From an uncultured Erysipelotrichaceae bacterium (lineage in GTDB: Bacteria > Bacillota_I > Bacilli_A > Erysipelotrichales > Erysipelotrichaceae): 53,828 bases of DNA. The stretch covers positions 1 through 53,828 of the forward strand of contig CAJUGR010000002.1 in NCBI GenBank assembly GCA_910586285.1, written 5' to 3'. Positions 19,809-31,742 of this stretch are shown here, piece by piece. Under the pieces are notes generated by a model, which saw only the letters and a program-made list of their open reading frames with translations, searched no databases and was not told the origin of the DNA. The translations under genes were made by a program, and so were the position numbers. Every line of letters begins with the position of its first letter. The first letter of the stretch is position 1.

Positions 19809-20387
19809 ATGAATTGCAACATCGAAAAAGAATATAAAATTCTTGTAACAAAGGAACAGTTTATTCGCATATTACAGGACTATCCGCAAGCGGAATTTAA
19901 GAAACAGGTCAATACGTATTATGATACCGATGATCTTGCGATTCGCCATGCCCATGGGGCCATGCGGATTCGTACCATTGACCATCATTTCCTTTTTACC
20001 TTGAAACTTCATACAAAGGCCGGCGTAGAGGAATATGAAAAATATGTGGAAACCAATGACCCGATTGTTTTTAAAGATCAGGAAATCGCTGCATTATTAA
20101 AAGCGATACCGGTTCTAAGTGAACTAAAAAGAATAACCGAACTAACCACTTATCGTGCAATGATCTTCACCGGTGATGCGGAATTGTGCTTTGATGTGAA
20201 TCGCTATGGTTCCTGTGAAGATTATGAAATAGAATATGAATATAAAAGACCGCATGATGGCCGCAATGTATTCAATAAAATACTGGCAAAAGTCAATTTG
20301 ACTTATACCAAAAATTGTCATTCAAAAATACGTCGTGCGTTCGATGCTCATTTTACCTTATGTTCCGATAAGGATGGTATTCAATGA
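19809..20387 (+). CDS. CYTH-domain protein (YjbK-like)
   Basis: IEKEYKIL (ExExK), QVNTYYDT, AMRIR, TLK, DYEIEYE, SKIRRA; adjacent to nadK as in Bacillus. Confidence 0.88.
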   Translation: MNCNIEKEYKILVTKEQFIRILQDYPQAEFKKQVNTYYDTDDLAIRHAHGAMRIRTIDHHFLFTLKLHTKAGVEEYEKYVETNDPIVFKDQEIAALLKAIPVLSELKRITELTTYRAMIFTGDAELCFDVNRYGSCEDYEIEYEYKRPHDGRNVFNKILAKVNLTYTKNCHSKIRRAFDAHFTLCSDKDGIQ

Positions 20388-20671
20388 CAAATTGGTCTAT
20401 TTCCCCTCATTATTTATTCTGTGTTTATTTATTGATCATCAGTTTTATCGGATGGCTTCAAATGCATATTGATAAATATCGTGCCAAGCATCATCGTTGG
20501 CGGATCTCCGAACAATCGCTAATGTTTACGGCTTTGTTTGGCGGTGCCGGCGGGATATGGTTGGGTATGCGAACCGCCCGTCATAAAACAAAGAAACCGC
20601 TGTTTACCATTACGGTTCCTCTTTTATTTTTACTTCAACTGGTATTTTTGGTTTATTGTTTTATTTCATAA
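20384..20671 (+). CDS. DUF1294-family small membrane protein
   Basis: IDKYRAK...WRISE..L...ALFGG..G...GM...RHKTKK. Confidence 0.88.
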   Translation: MTNWSISPHYLFCVYLLIISFIGWLQMHIDKYRAKHHRWRISEQSLMFTALFGGAGGIWLGMRTARHKTKKPLFTITVPLLFLLQLVFLVYCFIS

Positions 20672-21564
20672 TCTATGGCCGCATAGTGACATAATACTTC
20701 TGCCGCTTTGTTGGACTCATCAAATAAGATTTTTATGACAGCGGCTGAGTCCTTTTCTTTACATGCCGCTTGATAAATCACGGCCTTGGCAATGATATAT
20801 AACAAATTGCGTTTCCATGTTTTTAAAGATAATAAACAAGGAAGGTAAAAACAGGACACATTATTTTTCCAACACGCAAAGTCCATTGTTGCGCCGGCTA
20901 AGTATCTGCCATGTTTTTGTATTACCATTGTTTTGGCAAAAGCGATGGTTTTCTTTTTTTCGTATTTACTCAGCTCCTGTACAGTTAATTGTTCGCGAAG
21001 ATTTTGAACGATGATGATATCCTGATCATGTTGGATCGGATGATCATGTTGTTCCACATAGCGCGTCCAATAATCAATACCTGCCTGTTGTGCCTGTGCT
21101 AATATATTCCAGCTCAGTTCTTGATCCAGATAAATATAACTTTCTATTTGTTTTGATATTGTTTTATCCAGTTCACTCAAATAGATCGGTGTTTGAAAGA
21201 AGATGATATTGTTTAGTTTTAAGCATTGAATTTGTTGGGGCAATTTATGATTTTTATTCATTTTCATGATTGCGTTTTGTAGCCGCGTTTCATCGGCATA
21301 GCCGCATTGCACACCGTATTTTTCCCACATTTCATGAATACCACAACGCTCATCCTGTTCATAACGACCATAACCAATAATTCCTTTTTCGCGCTGTATT
21401 CCCTTTTCAGTTCCTTTTGTCAAAAAGAATAAATAATCTCCGTGTTGAAAAAACTGAAATTTCTTTTTTCCGGACGGACGCCAATATACAATCCGATTAT
21501 TTCCGTGCAGGCGATGGTATTCAATCATATCCTGATCGGTGATATAGGCAATTGATGACATCAT
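20653..21564 (-). CDS. Hypothetical protein with EVE/PUA-like N-terminal domain
   Basis: About 303-aa ORF with AGAGGTG RBS; ITD....YH...VYWRPSG..F....GD.LFF..K...IIGYG resembles the N-terminal domain of a family of HNH endonucleases. Confidence 0.7.
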   Translation of the reverse strand: MMSSIAYITDQDMIEYHRLHGNNRIVYWRPSGKKKFQFFQHGDYLFFLTKGTEKGIQREKGIIGYGRYEQDERCGIHEMWEKYGVQCGYADETRLQNAIMKMNKNHKLPQQIQCLKLNNIIFFQTPIYLSELDKTISKQIESYIYLDQELSWNILAQAQQAGIDYWTRYVEQHDHPIQHDQDIIIVQNLREQLTVQELSKYEKKKTIAFAKTMVIQKHGRYLAGATMDFACWKNNVSCFYLPCLLSLKTWKRNLLYIIAKAVIYQAACKEKDSAAVIKILFDESNKAAEVLCHYAAIDYEIKQ

Positions 21565-21649
21565 TATCACCTCTTACTTAGCACTTCCATTTTATCATAG
21601 AACCAGGAAAAGTGATATCATTTTTCTCTTTATCATGTTCTTTCCATAG

Positions 21650-21674
21650 AAAAAGAAGCGCTCTTTACGCTTCT
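21650..21674 (-). terminator. Intrinsic terminator after recR
   Basis: AGAAGCG-UAAAGAG-CGCUUCU followed by a U-run. Confidence 0.6.
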
Positions 21675-22264
21675 CACATTTTTTTTCTTCCTTCCAATGC
21701 TTTAATCAGAGTCAGTTCATCCGCATAATCCAAGTGCCCGCCCATTGGCAATCCATGAGCAATTCTTGTGATGGTAAGTTGATATGGTTCCAGCAATTTT
21801 GCCAAATAAAGCGCTGTGGTCTCCCCCTCTACCGTAGGATTGGTCGCAATAATAATCTCTTTTGTGTTTTCGTCAATGCGATCTAAAAGCGAATGGATAT
21901 TAAGTTCATCGGGTAATATTCCTTTTGCCGTGGAAATAACTCCGTTCAACACATGGTAAACTCCGTGAAACTCCTGTGTTTTTTCCATCGCAACAACATC
22001 TCTAGGACTTTGTACTACACAAATCACATGTCTGTCACGGGAATGATCCTCACATATTGCACATTGATCCGCTTCTGACAAATTGCCGCAAACTTGGCAA
22101 ATATGAATATTGGTTTTGATGTCAGCCAAACTTTCGATAAAAGCATCTACCTCTGTTTCGTCCCAATCCAACACGTGAAATGCATATCGCTCTGCGGTTT
22201 TCGCACCGACACCGGGAAGATGTTGTAGCTGTTCCACCAATGCTGCAAATGCTTTTGGATACAT
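21674..22264 (-). CDS. recR: Recombination mediator RecR
   Basis: LPGVGAKTAER, C4 zinc finger, YHVLNG, ATNPTVEGETTA, GLPMGGHLDYADE. Confidence 0.97.
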   Translation of the reverse strand: MYPKAFAALVEQLQHLPGVGAKTAERYAFHVLDWDETEVDAFIESLADIKTNIHICQVCGNLSEADQCAICEDHSRDRHVICVVQSPRDVVAMEKTQEFHGVYHVLNGVISTAKGILPDELNIHSLLDRIDENTKEIIIATNPTVEGETTALYLAKLLEPYQLTITRIAHGLPMGGHLDYADELTLIKALEGRKKM

Positions 22265-22572
22265 TAAAAGCCTCCGGGCATTTTCACGCCGCCGGTTAAT
22301 TTTTTCATTACTGCTGTCTTTTCATTTTCTGCTTTTTTCAATGCATCATTCACTGTGCAAACGATTAAATCCTGAAGTGTTTCTTTTTCTTCTTCATTTA
22401 ACAGATCTTTTTCAATTTCTATTGAGAGAACTTCCATAGATCCTTTTACCGTTACTTTTACGCCTCCGCCGCCCATGCTGGATTCATATATCTGTTCATT
22501 ACATTTTGATTCTGCTTGGTTAATTTCTTTCTGCATCTTCTGTGCTTGTTTCAATAATGCCTGCATATTCAT
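22264..22572 (-). CDS. ebfC: YbaB/EbfC nucleoid-associated protein
   Basis: NMQALLKQAQKMQ, GGGGVKVTV.G, LQDLI; dnaX-ybaB-recR synteny. Confidence 0.92.
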   Translation of the reverse strand: MNMQALLKQAQKMQKEINQAESKCNEQIYESSMGGGGVKVTVKGSMEVLSIEIEKDLLNEEEKETLQDLIVCTVNDALKKAENEKTAVMKKLTGGVKMPGGF

Positions 22573-22576
22573 GTTA

Positions 22577-24358
22577 TCAGTCCTCCGTTATCATAATATT
22601 ATCTTTTCCAAACAAATCCATCACCAATTCTTCTTCCGTTGGCTCTGATGATTTCTTTTTCATCGGTGTTGCCAAATTAAATTCTACTGGCGGCGGCAAT
22701 GTGCCATCTGCCATTTTGTTTTTGAATATCGCTGTGATGCGTTGTGATTCTTTTTGGGTAATGGCAAATATTTTTTTCTGTTTGTGAAATATTTCAGTGG
22801 TAAACGCCAAAAACTTATTTTCACAATCTTGTTCGTTGATTTCATTTGCTTCTGCTTGACTGTCTACGGTGAACACAACATAGGTTGTACCGCTCGCAAA
22901 TATTTTTCCATGTTTTAATAAGTTTGCTTCCTTTACCCATTGTAAATCTAAGGCAAAGTCATAAATATTTTGAAAGCTTTCTAAATCGTTTTGTTTCTCC
23001 GGTTTATTGGCACCGGCCAACAGTCGTAAGATAAATTCATCTTTTAATGGCCTAATTGTGGTCGCTTCCATCATTACATCACTCTGTGCCGGTTTATCAT
23101 TTACCGGTTCTATCGTTTTAGCTTCTGCCGGTATATCCTGTTTGATTTTCGTTTTCACCGGATTATTTACCGCACTTTGTTCTGTTTTTTCTTGCGTTTT
23201 CACTATCAATGTTTCACGTGAAACATTGATTGACTGTGAAGATCTCTTCTCATGATGAACATTACTTATCGGTACATCGGGTGATTCCATCATTTTTAAT
23301 AAACATATTTCAAAATACGATTGCACATTTGCCGCATTTTTATATTTTTCATTGGTTTCCATTAATGTATCAATCATAGAATAGCGATGTGAAATATTTA
23401 TCTGATTTAATAATTGTTCAGCTTCCGCAGAGGATAGAATATGTAACAATGCAGAATCTTTGGTATAATCATAAATAATTGATTCTTTTAACAATTCGAT
23501 CAAATCCATAGTCAATCGCTTCATATCAATACCTTTTTGTGCAAAGGTTTCCACCATGTTCATACATTGTCCGGCATTATGATCAATCACCATTTCTAAC
23601 AAAGATAATTTTTCCTGTACCGTTAAAATACCGTAAATTTCATTGATATGATGTACCTGAATATCATTTTGCGCATATGCAATACATTGATCCATTATAC
23701 TCCATGCATCGCGCATACCACCGTCACATAATTGTGCAATTATTCTCATCACTTCATCTTCACAGCGGATATTTTCTTTTTCTAAGCCGCTTTTTAATTT
23801 TAGTATGATATCCTCTGTCGGAACCTTCATAAAATCATAACGTTGACAGCGAGATATAATCGTTGGCAATACTTTTTGTGGTTCCGTTGTCGCCAAAATA
23901 AATATAATATGTTTCGGTGGTTCTTCAATGGTTTTTAATAATGCATTAAACGCCCCATCTGACATCATATGTACCTCATCAATAATATATATTTTATATT
24001 TACCTTTGATTGGCGCATACTTTACCTTTTCAATTAAATTTCTGACTTCCTCTACACCATTATTACTGGCAGCATCAATTTCAACAATATCCGGATGTGT
24101 TCCTTCTGTAATTGCAAGACAATTTTCACATTCCATACATGGTCGTGTTTTTCCGCTCCCGGTACAATTCATTGCTTTTGCGAATATTTTTGCGATGGAT
24201 GTCTTCCCTGTTCCACGTGGACCGCAGAATAAATAGGCATGAGCGGTTTTATTTTGTTCTACCGCATTTTTTAATGTTTGTACAATATGTTTCTGTCCGG
24301 CGACTTCTTCAAAGGTATTTGGACGATAAGTTCGATACAATGCTTTATATGTCACCAA
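22577..24358 (-). CDS. dnaX: DNA polymerase III gamma/tau subunit
   Basis: YKALYRTYRP, GPRGTGKTS, EIDAASNNGV, IIDEVHM, TIISRCQ. Confidence 0.97.
   Translation of the reverse strand: MVTYKALYRTYRPNTFEEVAGQKHIVQTLKNAVEQNKTAHAYLFCGPRGTGKTSIAKIFAKAMNCTGSGKTRPCMECENCLAITEGTHPDIVEIDAASNNGVEEVRNLIEKVKYAPIKGKYKIYIIDEVHMMSDGAFNALLKTIEEPPKHIIFILATTEPQKVLPTIISRCQRYDFMKVPTEDIILKLKSGLEKENIRCEDEVMRIIAQLCDGGMRDAWSIMDQCIAYAQNDIQVHHINEIYGILTVQEKLSLLEMVIDHNAGQCMNMVETFAQKGIDMKRLTMDLIELLKESIIYDYTKDSALLHILSSAEAEQLLNQINISHRYSMIDTLMETNEKYKNAANVQSYFEICLLKMMESPDVPISNVHHEKRSSQSINVSRETLIVKTQEKTEQSAVNNPVKTKIKQDIPAEAKTIEPVNDKPAQSDVMMEATTIRPLKDEFILRLLAGANKPEKQNDLESFQNIYDFALDLQWVKEANLLKHGKIFASGTTYVVFTVDSQAEANEINEQDCENKFLAFTTEIFHKQKKIFAITQKESQRITAIFKNKMADGTLPPPVEFNLATPMKKKSSEPTEEELVMDLFGKDNIMITED
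23210..23225. promoter_or_regulatory. parS (ParB/Spo0J binding site) inside dnaX
   Basis: Exact TGTTTCACGTGAAACA, extended to a 26-bp perfect palindrome at 23205-23230. Confidence 0.9.
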
Positions 24359-24458
24359 GTCACCTGCTTTCTGCTCCTATTATACCAAAAATTATATAGA
24401 AACACTATGAAAAAAAGCGGTTATTCCGCCATATTTTATTACTTAATGGATTTCATAA

Positions 24459-24935
<477 letters not shown>

Positions 24936-24944
24936 TTAAAAAGA

Positions 24945-25030
24945 AAAGTGCTATCACACATGATAGAGCTGCCTTATGGCTGCTTCGTTCCCGACCTGAC
25001 CAGATTCAGTAGATACCATTGCGATAGCCT
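24945..25030 (-). ncRNA. ffs: Signal recognition particle RNA (small 4.5S-type)
   Basis: Helix-8 signature GGUCAGGUCGGGAACGAAGCAGCC; ends pair (GCUAUCGCA/UGUGAUAGC); promoter TTGTAT-17-TAAGAT with extended TG at 25063-25035. Confidence 0.9.
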
Positions 25031-25153
25031 CTCTATCTTAGCATATTTATGATAGAAATACAATGAGATAGCAAGAATTTAATGTTTTTTCTTGTACTTT
25101 AATCATTTTTATTTTAAAATTCATGAAGAACAAGAAATTTTATTTCTAATGAA

Positions 25154-25169
25154 TGTTTCACGTGAAACA
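25154..25169. promoter_or_regulatory. parS site (intergenic)
   Basis: Exact TGTTTCACGTGAAACA within a 30-bp perfect palindrome at 25147-25176. Confidence 0.92.
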
Positions 25170-25194
25170 TTCATTAAAAAAGAAGTGAACAATC

Positions 25195-25707
25195 TCACTT
25201 CTTCTGCTTGATTACTTTTCCTTGATTGACCTTTTCTTTCAATAAATATCTTATGTTTTCTAATTCTTCATTATCGTCTTTCTTCATGATAATTGTAAAT
25301 AAATCTCTTTGATAAAGCAGAAAGGCGTCCTCTGCTTCAATACACTTTTGATATTGATCCCAACTGCGAAATATATCTCCATGTTCATCATGAAATATTA
25401 AGCCATCATCTTGAATGGTCATCGTCCCATGATCCGCTTGTTGCTGCATTAAATTCTTATAAGCTGTTTTTGGCAGTAGAATATCACATAGCACATTAAA
25501 TAAAGCACTCACAATCACAAGAATTGATATGATACCTTCCATACTGTCAAAATCCATACTATACCATTTTTCCATAATCATAACAAACAACCATAAGAAA
25601 CAACTAAGCAATAATGAGCGCCGCAAATGGAATTTATAATGACAATGGGTACGATAGATTCGAATAAACGCTGCTTCATTTATTTGATAAGATACCTTTA
25701 ATTTCAT
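25195..25707 (-). CDS. YcxB-like membrane protein
   Basis: Two TM helices, then DDGL......W.......E.EDAFLLY.....II.K PH-like tail; overlaps the serS stop (ATGA). Confidence 0.65.
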   Translation of the reverse strand: MKLKVSYQINEAAFIRIYRTHCHYKFHLRRSLLLSCFLWLFVMIMEKWYSMDFDSMEGIISILVIVSALFNVLCDILLPKTAYKNLMQQQADHGTMTIQDDGLIFHDEHGDIFRSWDQYQKCIEAEDAFLLYQRDLFTIIMKKDDNEELENIRYLLKEKVNQGKVIKQKK

Positions 25708-26990
25708 TTTTTAACTTCCAATTTTTTCATACCACCCATATATCCCTGTAATACTTCAGGTATAGACACGCTGCCGTCCTCATTCAAATTATTCTCTAAA
25801 AAGGCAATTAACATACGCGGCGGCGCCACAACCGTATTATTCAATGTATGTGCATAATATTTTCCCTTTTCACCATTAACACGAATTTTTAATCTTCGTG
25901 ATTGTGCATCGGTTAAATTAGAACAACTTCCTACTTCAAAATATTTTTTTTGACGCGGACTCCATGCTTCCACATCCACCGACTTACTTTTCAAATCCGC
26001 CAAATCACCGGAACAACATTCCAATGTACGAACCGGAATATCCAAACTACGGAAGAAATCCACGGTATTCTGATACAATTTTTCAAACCATTTTGCACTT
26101 TCTTCCGGTTTACAGATCACAATCATCTCTTGCTTTTCGAATTGATGAATACGATATACACCGCGTTCTTCAATACCGTGTGCCCCTTTTTCTTTACGGA
26201 AACATGGTGAATAACTTGTATATGTATACGGCAACTTCTTTTCATCTAAAATTGTATCAATGAACTTACCGATCATAGAATGTTCGCTGGTACCGATCAA
26301 AAACAGATCTTCACCTTCAATCTTATACATCATATTATCCATTTCCGCAAAACTCATAACGCCACTGACCACATTACTGCGAATCATAAACGGGGGAATT
26401 ACATAAGTGAAGCCACGATTGATCATAAAATCTCGGGCATAAGTGATAATTGCCGAATGCAGTCGCGCAATATCACCCATCAAATAATAAAAGCCATTCC
26501 CGGCAACCTTGCGGGCACTATCCAAATCAATGCCGTCAAATCGTTCCATAATTTCCGTATGATACGGAATTTCAAAATTAGGCACTACCGGTTCACCATA
26601 TCGCTCCACTTCCACATTTTCCGAATCATCCCGACCGATTGGAACAGAAGGATCAATCATATTCGGAATAATCATCATGATCTTTTCAATTTTTTCTGCC
26701 AGTTCTCCTTCTTTTGCTTCTACTTGCTTCATTTTCTCAGCCATTGCGGAAACCTGTTGTTTCAGCAGTTCCGCTTCATTTCGTTTTCCTTCCTTCATCA
26801 TCCCGCCGATTTGTCTGCTTAACGAATTACGCTGCGCTCGTAAATCATCACCATGCTGCTTCAATGCACGGTTTTCTTTATCCAAGGCAATGACTTCGTC
26901 TACTAACGGACATTTACTGTCTTGAAATTTCTTGCGAATATTCTCTTTCACTTCCTCCGGATGTTCCCGTAAAAACTTCATATCCAACAT
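25704..26990 (-). CDS. serS: Seryl-tRNA synthetase
   Basis: MLDMKFLR, LIGTSEH, YSPCFRKEKG, RIHQFEKQE, EVGSCSN, HTLNNT; ATG at 26990 with AAGGAGG RBS. Confidence 0.97.
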   Translation of the reverse strand: MLDMKFLREHPEEVKENIRKKFQDSKCPLVDEVIALDKENRALKQHGDDLRAQRNSLSRQIGGMMKEGKRNEAELLKQQVSAMAEKMKQVEAKEGELAEKIEKIMMIIPNMIDPSVPIGRDDSENVEVERYGEPVVPNFEIPYHTEIMERFDGIDLDSARKVAGNGFYYLMGDIARLHSAIITYARDFMINRGFTYVIPPFMIRSNVVSGVMSFAEMDNMMYKIEGEDLFLIGTSEHSMIGKFIDTILDEKKLPYTYTSYSPCFRKEKGAHGIEERGVYRIHQFEKQEMIVICKPEESAKWFEKLYQNTVDFFRSLDIPVRTLECCSGDLADLKSKSVDVEAWSPRQKKYFEVGSCSNLTDAQSRRLKIRVNGEKGKYYAHTLNNTVVAPPRMLIAFLENNLNEDGSVSIPEVLQGYMGGMKKLEVKK

Positions 26991-27011
26991 GCTTTTTACC
27001 TCCTTATTCAT

Positions 27012-27232
27012 AAAAAAAGCATTGCCCCTAAAGGGACGAATGCTTCGTGTTGCCACCCTTCTTTATCAATGTTGCCATTGACCTCTTTCACGCGATAACG
27101 GAACGACCGTAGCCGACTACTGATTTCACCGACTCACTCCAAGGCGGATTTCCAAAATGGATAACCACAGCTTTCACCAACCGCTGTTTCTCTGCTTCTT
27201 ATCCGATCTTGTACTTTTCCTTTTCTACGTTT
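27012..27232 (-). promoter_or_regulatory. T-box riboswitch (Ser) in the serS leader
   Basis: AGAGA box and GGUUGGUGAAAGC distal loop, specifier GAAAUCC (UCC=Ser, 27148-27146), AGUA motif, CCGUUA, T-box AAGGGUGGCAACACG (27060-27046), terminator AAGCAUU..AAUGCUUUUUUU. Confidence 0.92.
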
Positions 27233-27238
27233 TCAAAA

Positions 27239-27267
27239 ATTATATTATACTTCCACATTTGTGTCAA
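27239..27267 (-). promoter_or_regulatory. Consensus sigma-A promoter of serS overlapping the gyrA 3' end
   Basis: TTGACA (27267-27262)-17 bp-TATAAT (27244-27239). Confidence 0.85.
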
Positions 27268-29758
27268 TATCGCTCTTTTCGACATTTTCTGCAGAATTTT
27301 CAGAATCTTCAGATGTATTTTCATCCTTTAATGATTCCTGAGATGCCACAATCGCAACCTTTGCGACTCCGGTATCCTCACCGACATGAATTAACTTCAC
27401 GCCTTGCGTATTCCGTCCGTAAACTCCAACATGATCCACCGCGATACGAATGATAATTCCATCATTGGTCATAATCATCACATCTTCATCACCATTGACA
27501 GCGCGAACGGATACCAACGAACCGGTTTTCTCGGTCACATTGATTGTTTTTACGCCTTTGGTTCCACGCTTGGTCAATCGGTAATCTTCTATCTTACTTC
27601 GCTTACCATAACCTTTTTCACTGACGGATAATAATTCCGATCCTTCATTGGAAGTCGCAACTCCGACAACGATAGAACCATCGGTCTGGAATCCCTTAAC
27701 GCCGCTGGCACTGCGTCCCATCGGCCGAACATCATCCTCATGGAAACGAACTGCCTTTCCATTAGAACCGGCAATTATAATTTCATCATTGCCACCGGTC
27801 GGTTTTACTCCAACCAATTCATCATCGTCTCGTAAGGTAATCGCAATCTTACCATTTTGACGTATGGATTCAAATTCATTGATTGAGACTCGTTTCACGA
27901 TACCGTTCTTCGTCACAAAGAATAAATATTTTGCATCAGTTTCCCGCTCTACCGGTACTAAAGCCTCAATCTTTTCATTCTTATCCAAATTCAATAAATT
28001 TACAACCGGGAGTCCCTTAGCCGTTCGCGAAGCATTGGGAATATGAAAACCCTTCATGCGATATACCTTGCCAAAATTACTGAATAACAACAAATGATCA
28101 TGCGTAGACATCGTAATCATCAATTCAATAATATCATCCTCATTCATTGTCATACCCTTTACCCCGCGTCCTCCGCGATTTTGTGTACGGTACGTATCAC
28201 TTGGAATTCGTTTGATATAACCATTGGTGGTCATAGTAATCACGACATCCTCTTCCGGAATCAAATCTTCATCCTGCATATCAATTTCCGCATCACTGAT
28301 TTCCGTTCGACGATCATCTCCATAACGCTCTTTGACCTCATTCAGCTCACTGCGAATAATATTTACGACACGGGAATGATTTGCCAAAATATCACGAAGA
28401 TCCTTAATGGTCTCCATCAATTCCTGATATTCTTTTTCAATCTTATCGCGTTCCAAGCCGGTTAATCTTCTTAACCGCATTTCCAAAATTGCATTGGCTT
28501 GAATCTCGCTCAATTCATAGCGTTCCATCATTGTGGTACGGGCATTTACATCGGTTTCACTGCTGCGAATAATATGAATAATTTCATCAATATGATCCAA
28601 TGCAATACGCAAGCCTTCTAAAATATGTGCCCGATCCTCGGCCTTCTTTAAATCAAACTTTGTCCGTCTTACCGTCACATCAATCTGATGATCCACATAA
28701 TACTGTAATACTTCTTTTAAATTCATCAATTTCGGCGCACCGTTATGTAATGCCAACATATTCACACCGAAGCTTGTCTGTAATGCCGTTGTACGATATA
28801 ACTGATTCAATACCACATCCGGCTGAACATCTTTGCGTAATTCCACCACAATACGCACACCATCACGATTACTTTCATCATTCAGATATGTGATACCGTC
28901 AATCACTTTATCCCTTACCAAATCCGCAATTTTAGAAATTAAATTGGCTTTATTTACTTGATAAGGAATTTCGTAAAATACGATTCGGGTTTTCCCGTTT
29001 TCCATATCTTCCATTTTATGCTTAGCCCGCATAATAATCGCGCCACGTCCGGTTTCATAAGCCTGCTTGATACCGGAACGACCCAAAATTAATGCCCCGG
29101 TCGGAAAATCAGGACCGGTTATATAATTATCCATCAATTCCATAATGGTAATATCCGGATCATCCATTACTGCCAATGCCGCATTGATCGTTTCTCTTAA
29201 ATTATGCGGTGGAATATTGGTGGCCATACCAACCGCAATACCCACTGCGCCGTTGACCAATAAATTCGGAAAACGTGCCGGCAATACACTTGGTTCGGTT
29301 TCTTCATTATCATAGTTTGGATCAAAATCAACCGTGTCCTTATTAATATCCTTCATCATTTCCATAGCAATCTTGGACATTCTCGCTTCGGTATAACGCA
29401 TTGCTGCTGCGCCATCACCATCCATGGATCCAAAGTTACCATGTCCTTGAACCAATTCATAACGGTAGGAAAAATCCTGTGCCATACGCACCATCGCATC
29501 ATAAACCGCAGTATCTCCGTGCGGATGATATTTACCAATTACTTCACCGACAATACGCGCCGACTTTTTAAATGGTTTACTTGCCACAATTCCCATATCA
29601 TTCATCGCATATAAAATACGACGATGTACCGGTTTTAAACCATCACGCACATCCGGCAATGCACGCTGCACAATGACGGACATTGAATAGTCAAGAAACG
29701 ATTCACGCATTGTTTTGGAGATATCGACAATTTCTAAACGTTCTTCATCTTGATACAT
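27245..29758 (-). CDS. gyrA: DNA gyrase subunit A
   Basis: [32 protein letters not shown], GyrA box QNRGGRG. Confidence 0.98.
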   Translation of the reverse strand: MYQDEERLEIVDISKTMRESFLDYSMSVIVQRALPDVRDGLKPVHRRILYAMNDMGIVASKPFKKSARIVGEVIGKYHPHGDTAVYDAMVRMAQDFSYRYELVQGHGNFGSMDGDGAAAMRYTEARMSKIAMEMMKDINKDTVDFDPNYDNEETEPSVLPARFPNLLVNGAVGIAVGMATNIPPHNLRETINAALAVMDDPDITIMELMDNYITGPDFPTGALILGRSGIKQAYETGRGAIIMRAKHKMEDMENGKTRIVFYEIPYQVNKANLISKIADLVRDKVIDGITYLNDESNRDGVRIVVELRKDVQPDVVLNQLYRTTALQTSFGVNMLALHNGAPKLMNLKEVLQYYVDHQIDVTVRRTKFDLKKAEDRAHILEGLRIALDHIDEIIHIIRSSETDVNARTTMMERYELSEIQANAILEMRLRRLTGLERDKIEKEYQELMETIKDLRDILANHSRVVNIIRSELNEVKERYGDDRRTEISDAEIDMQDEDLIPEEDVVITMTTNGYIKRIPSDTYRTQNRGGRGVKGMTMNEDDIIELMITMSTHDHLLLFSNFGKVYRMKGFHIPNASRTAKGLPVVNLLNLDKNEKIEALVPVERETDAKYLFFVTKNGIVKRVSINEFESIRQNGKIAITLRDDDELVGVKPTGGNDEIIIAGSNGKAVRFHEDDVRPMGRSASGVKGFQTDGSIVVGVATSNEGSELLSVSEKGYGKRSKIEDYRLTKRGTKGVKTINVTEKTGSLVSVRAVNGDEDVMIMTNDGIIIRIAVDHVGVYGRNTQGVKLIHVGEDTGVAKVAIVASQESLKDENTSEDSENSAENVEKSDIDTNVEV

Positions 29759-29773
29759 ATTTCAACCTCCTTA

Positions 29774-31732
<1,959 letters not shown>

Positions 31733-31742
31733 TCATCCTCCT

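Noticed and set aside
24209..24224. Third parS-like sequence TGTTCCACGTGGACCG
   Set aside because: Two mismatches, and fully explained by the GPRGTG Walker A codons; not listed as a feature.
26280..26822. 180-aa + strand ORF and similar antisense ORFs over gyrA, gyrB, mutS, mutL, mfd and ftsH
   Set aside because: Shadow frames opposite well-supported conserved genes.
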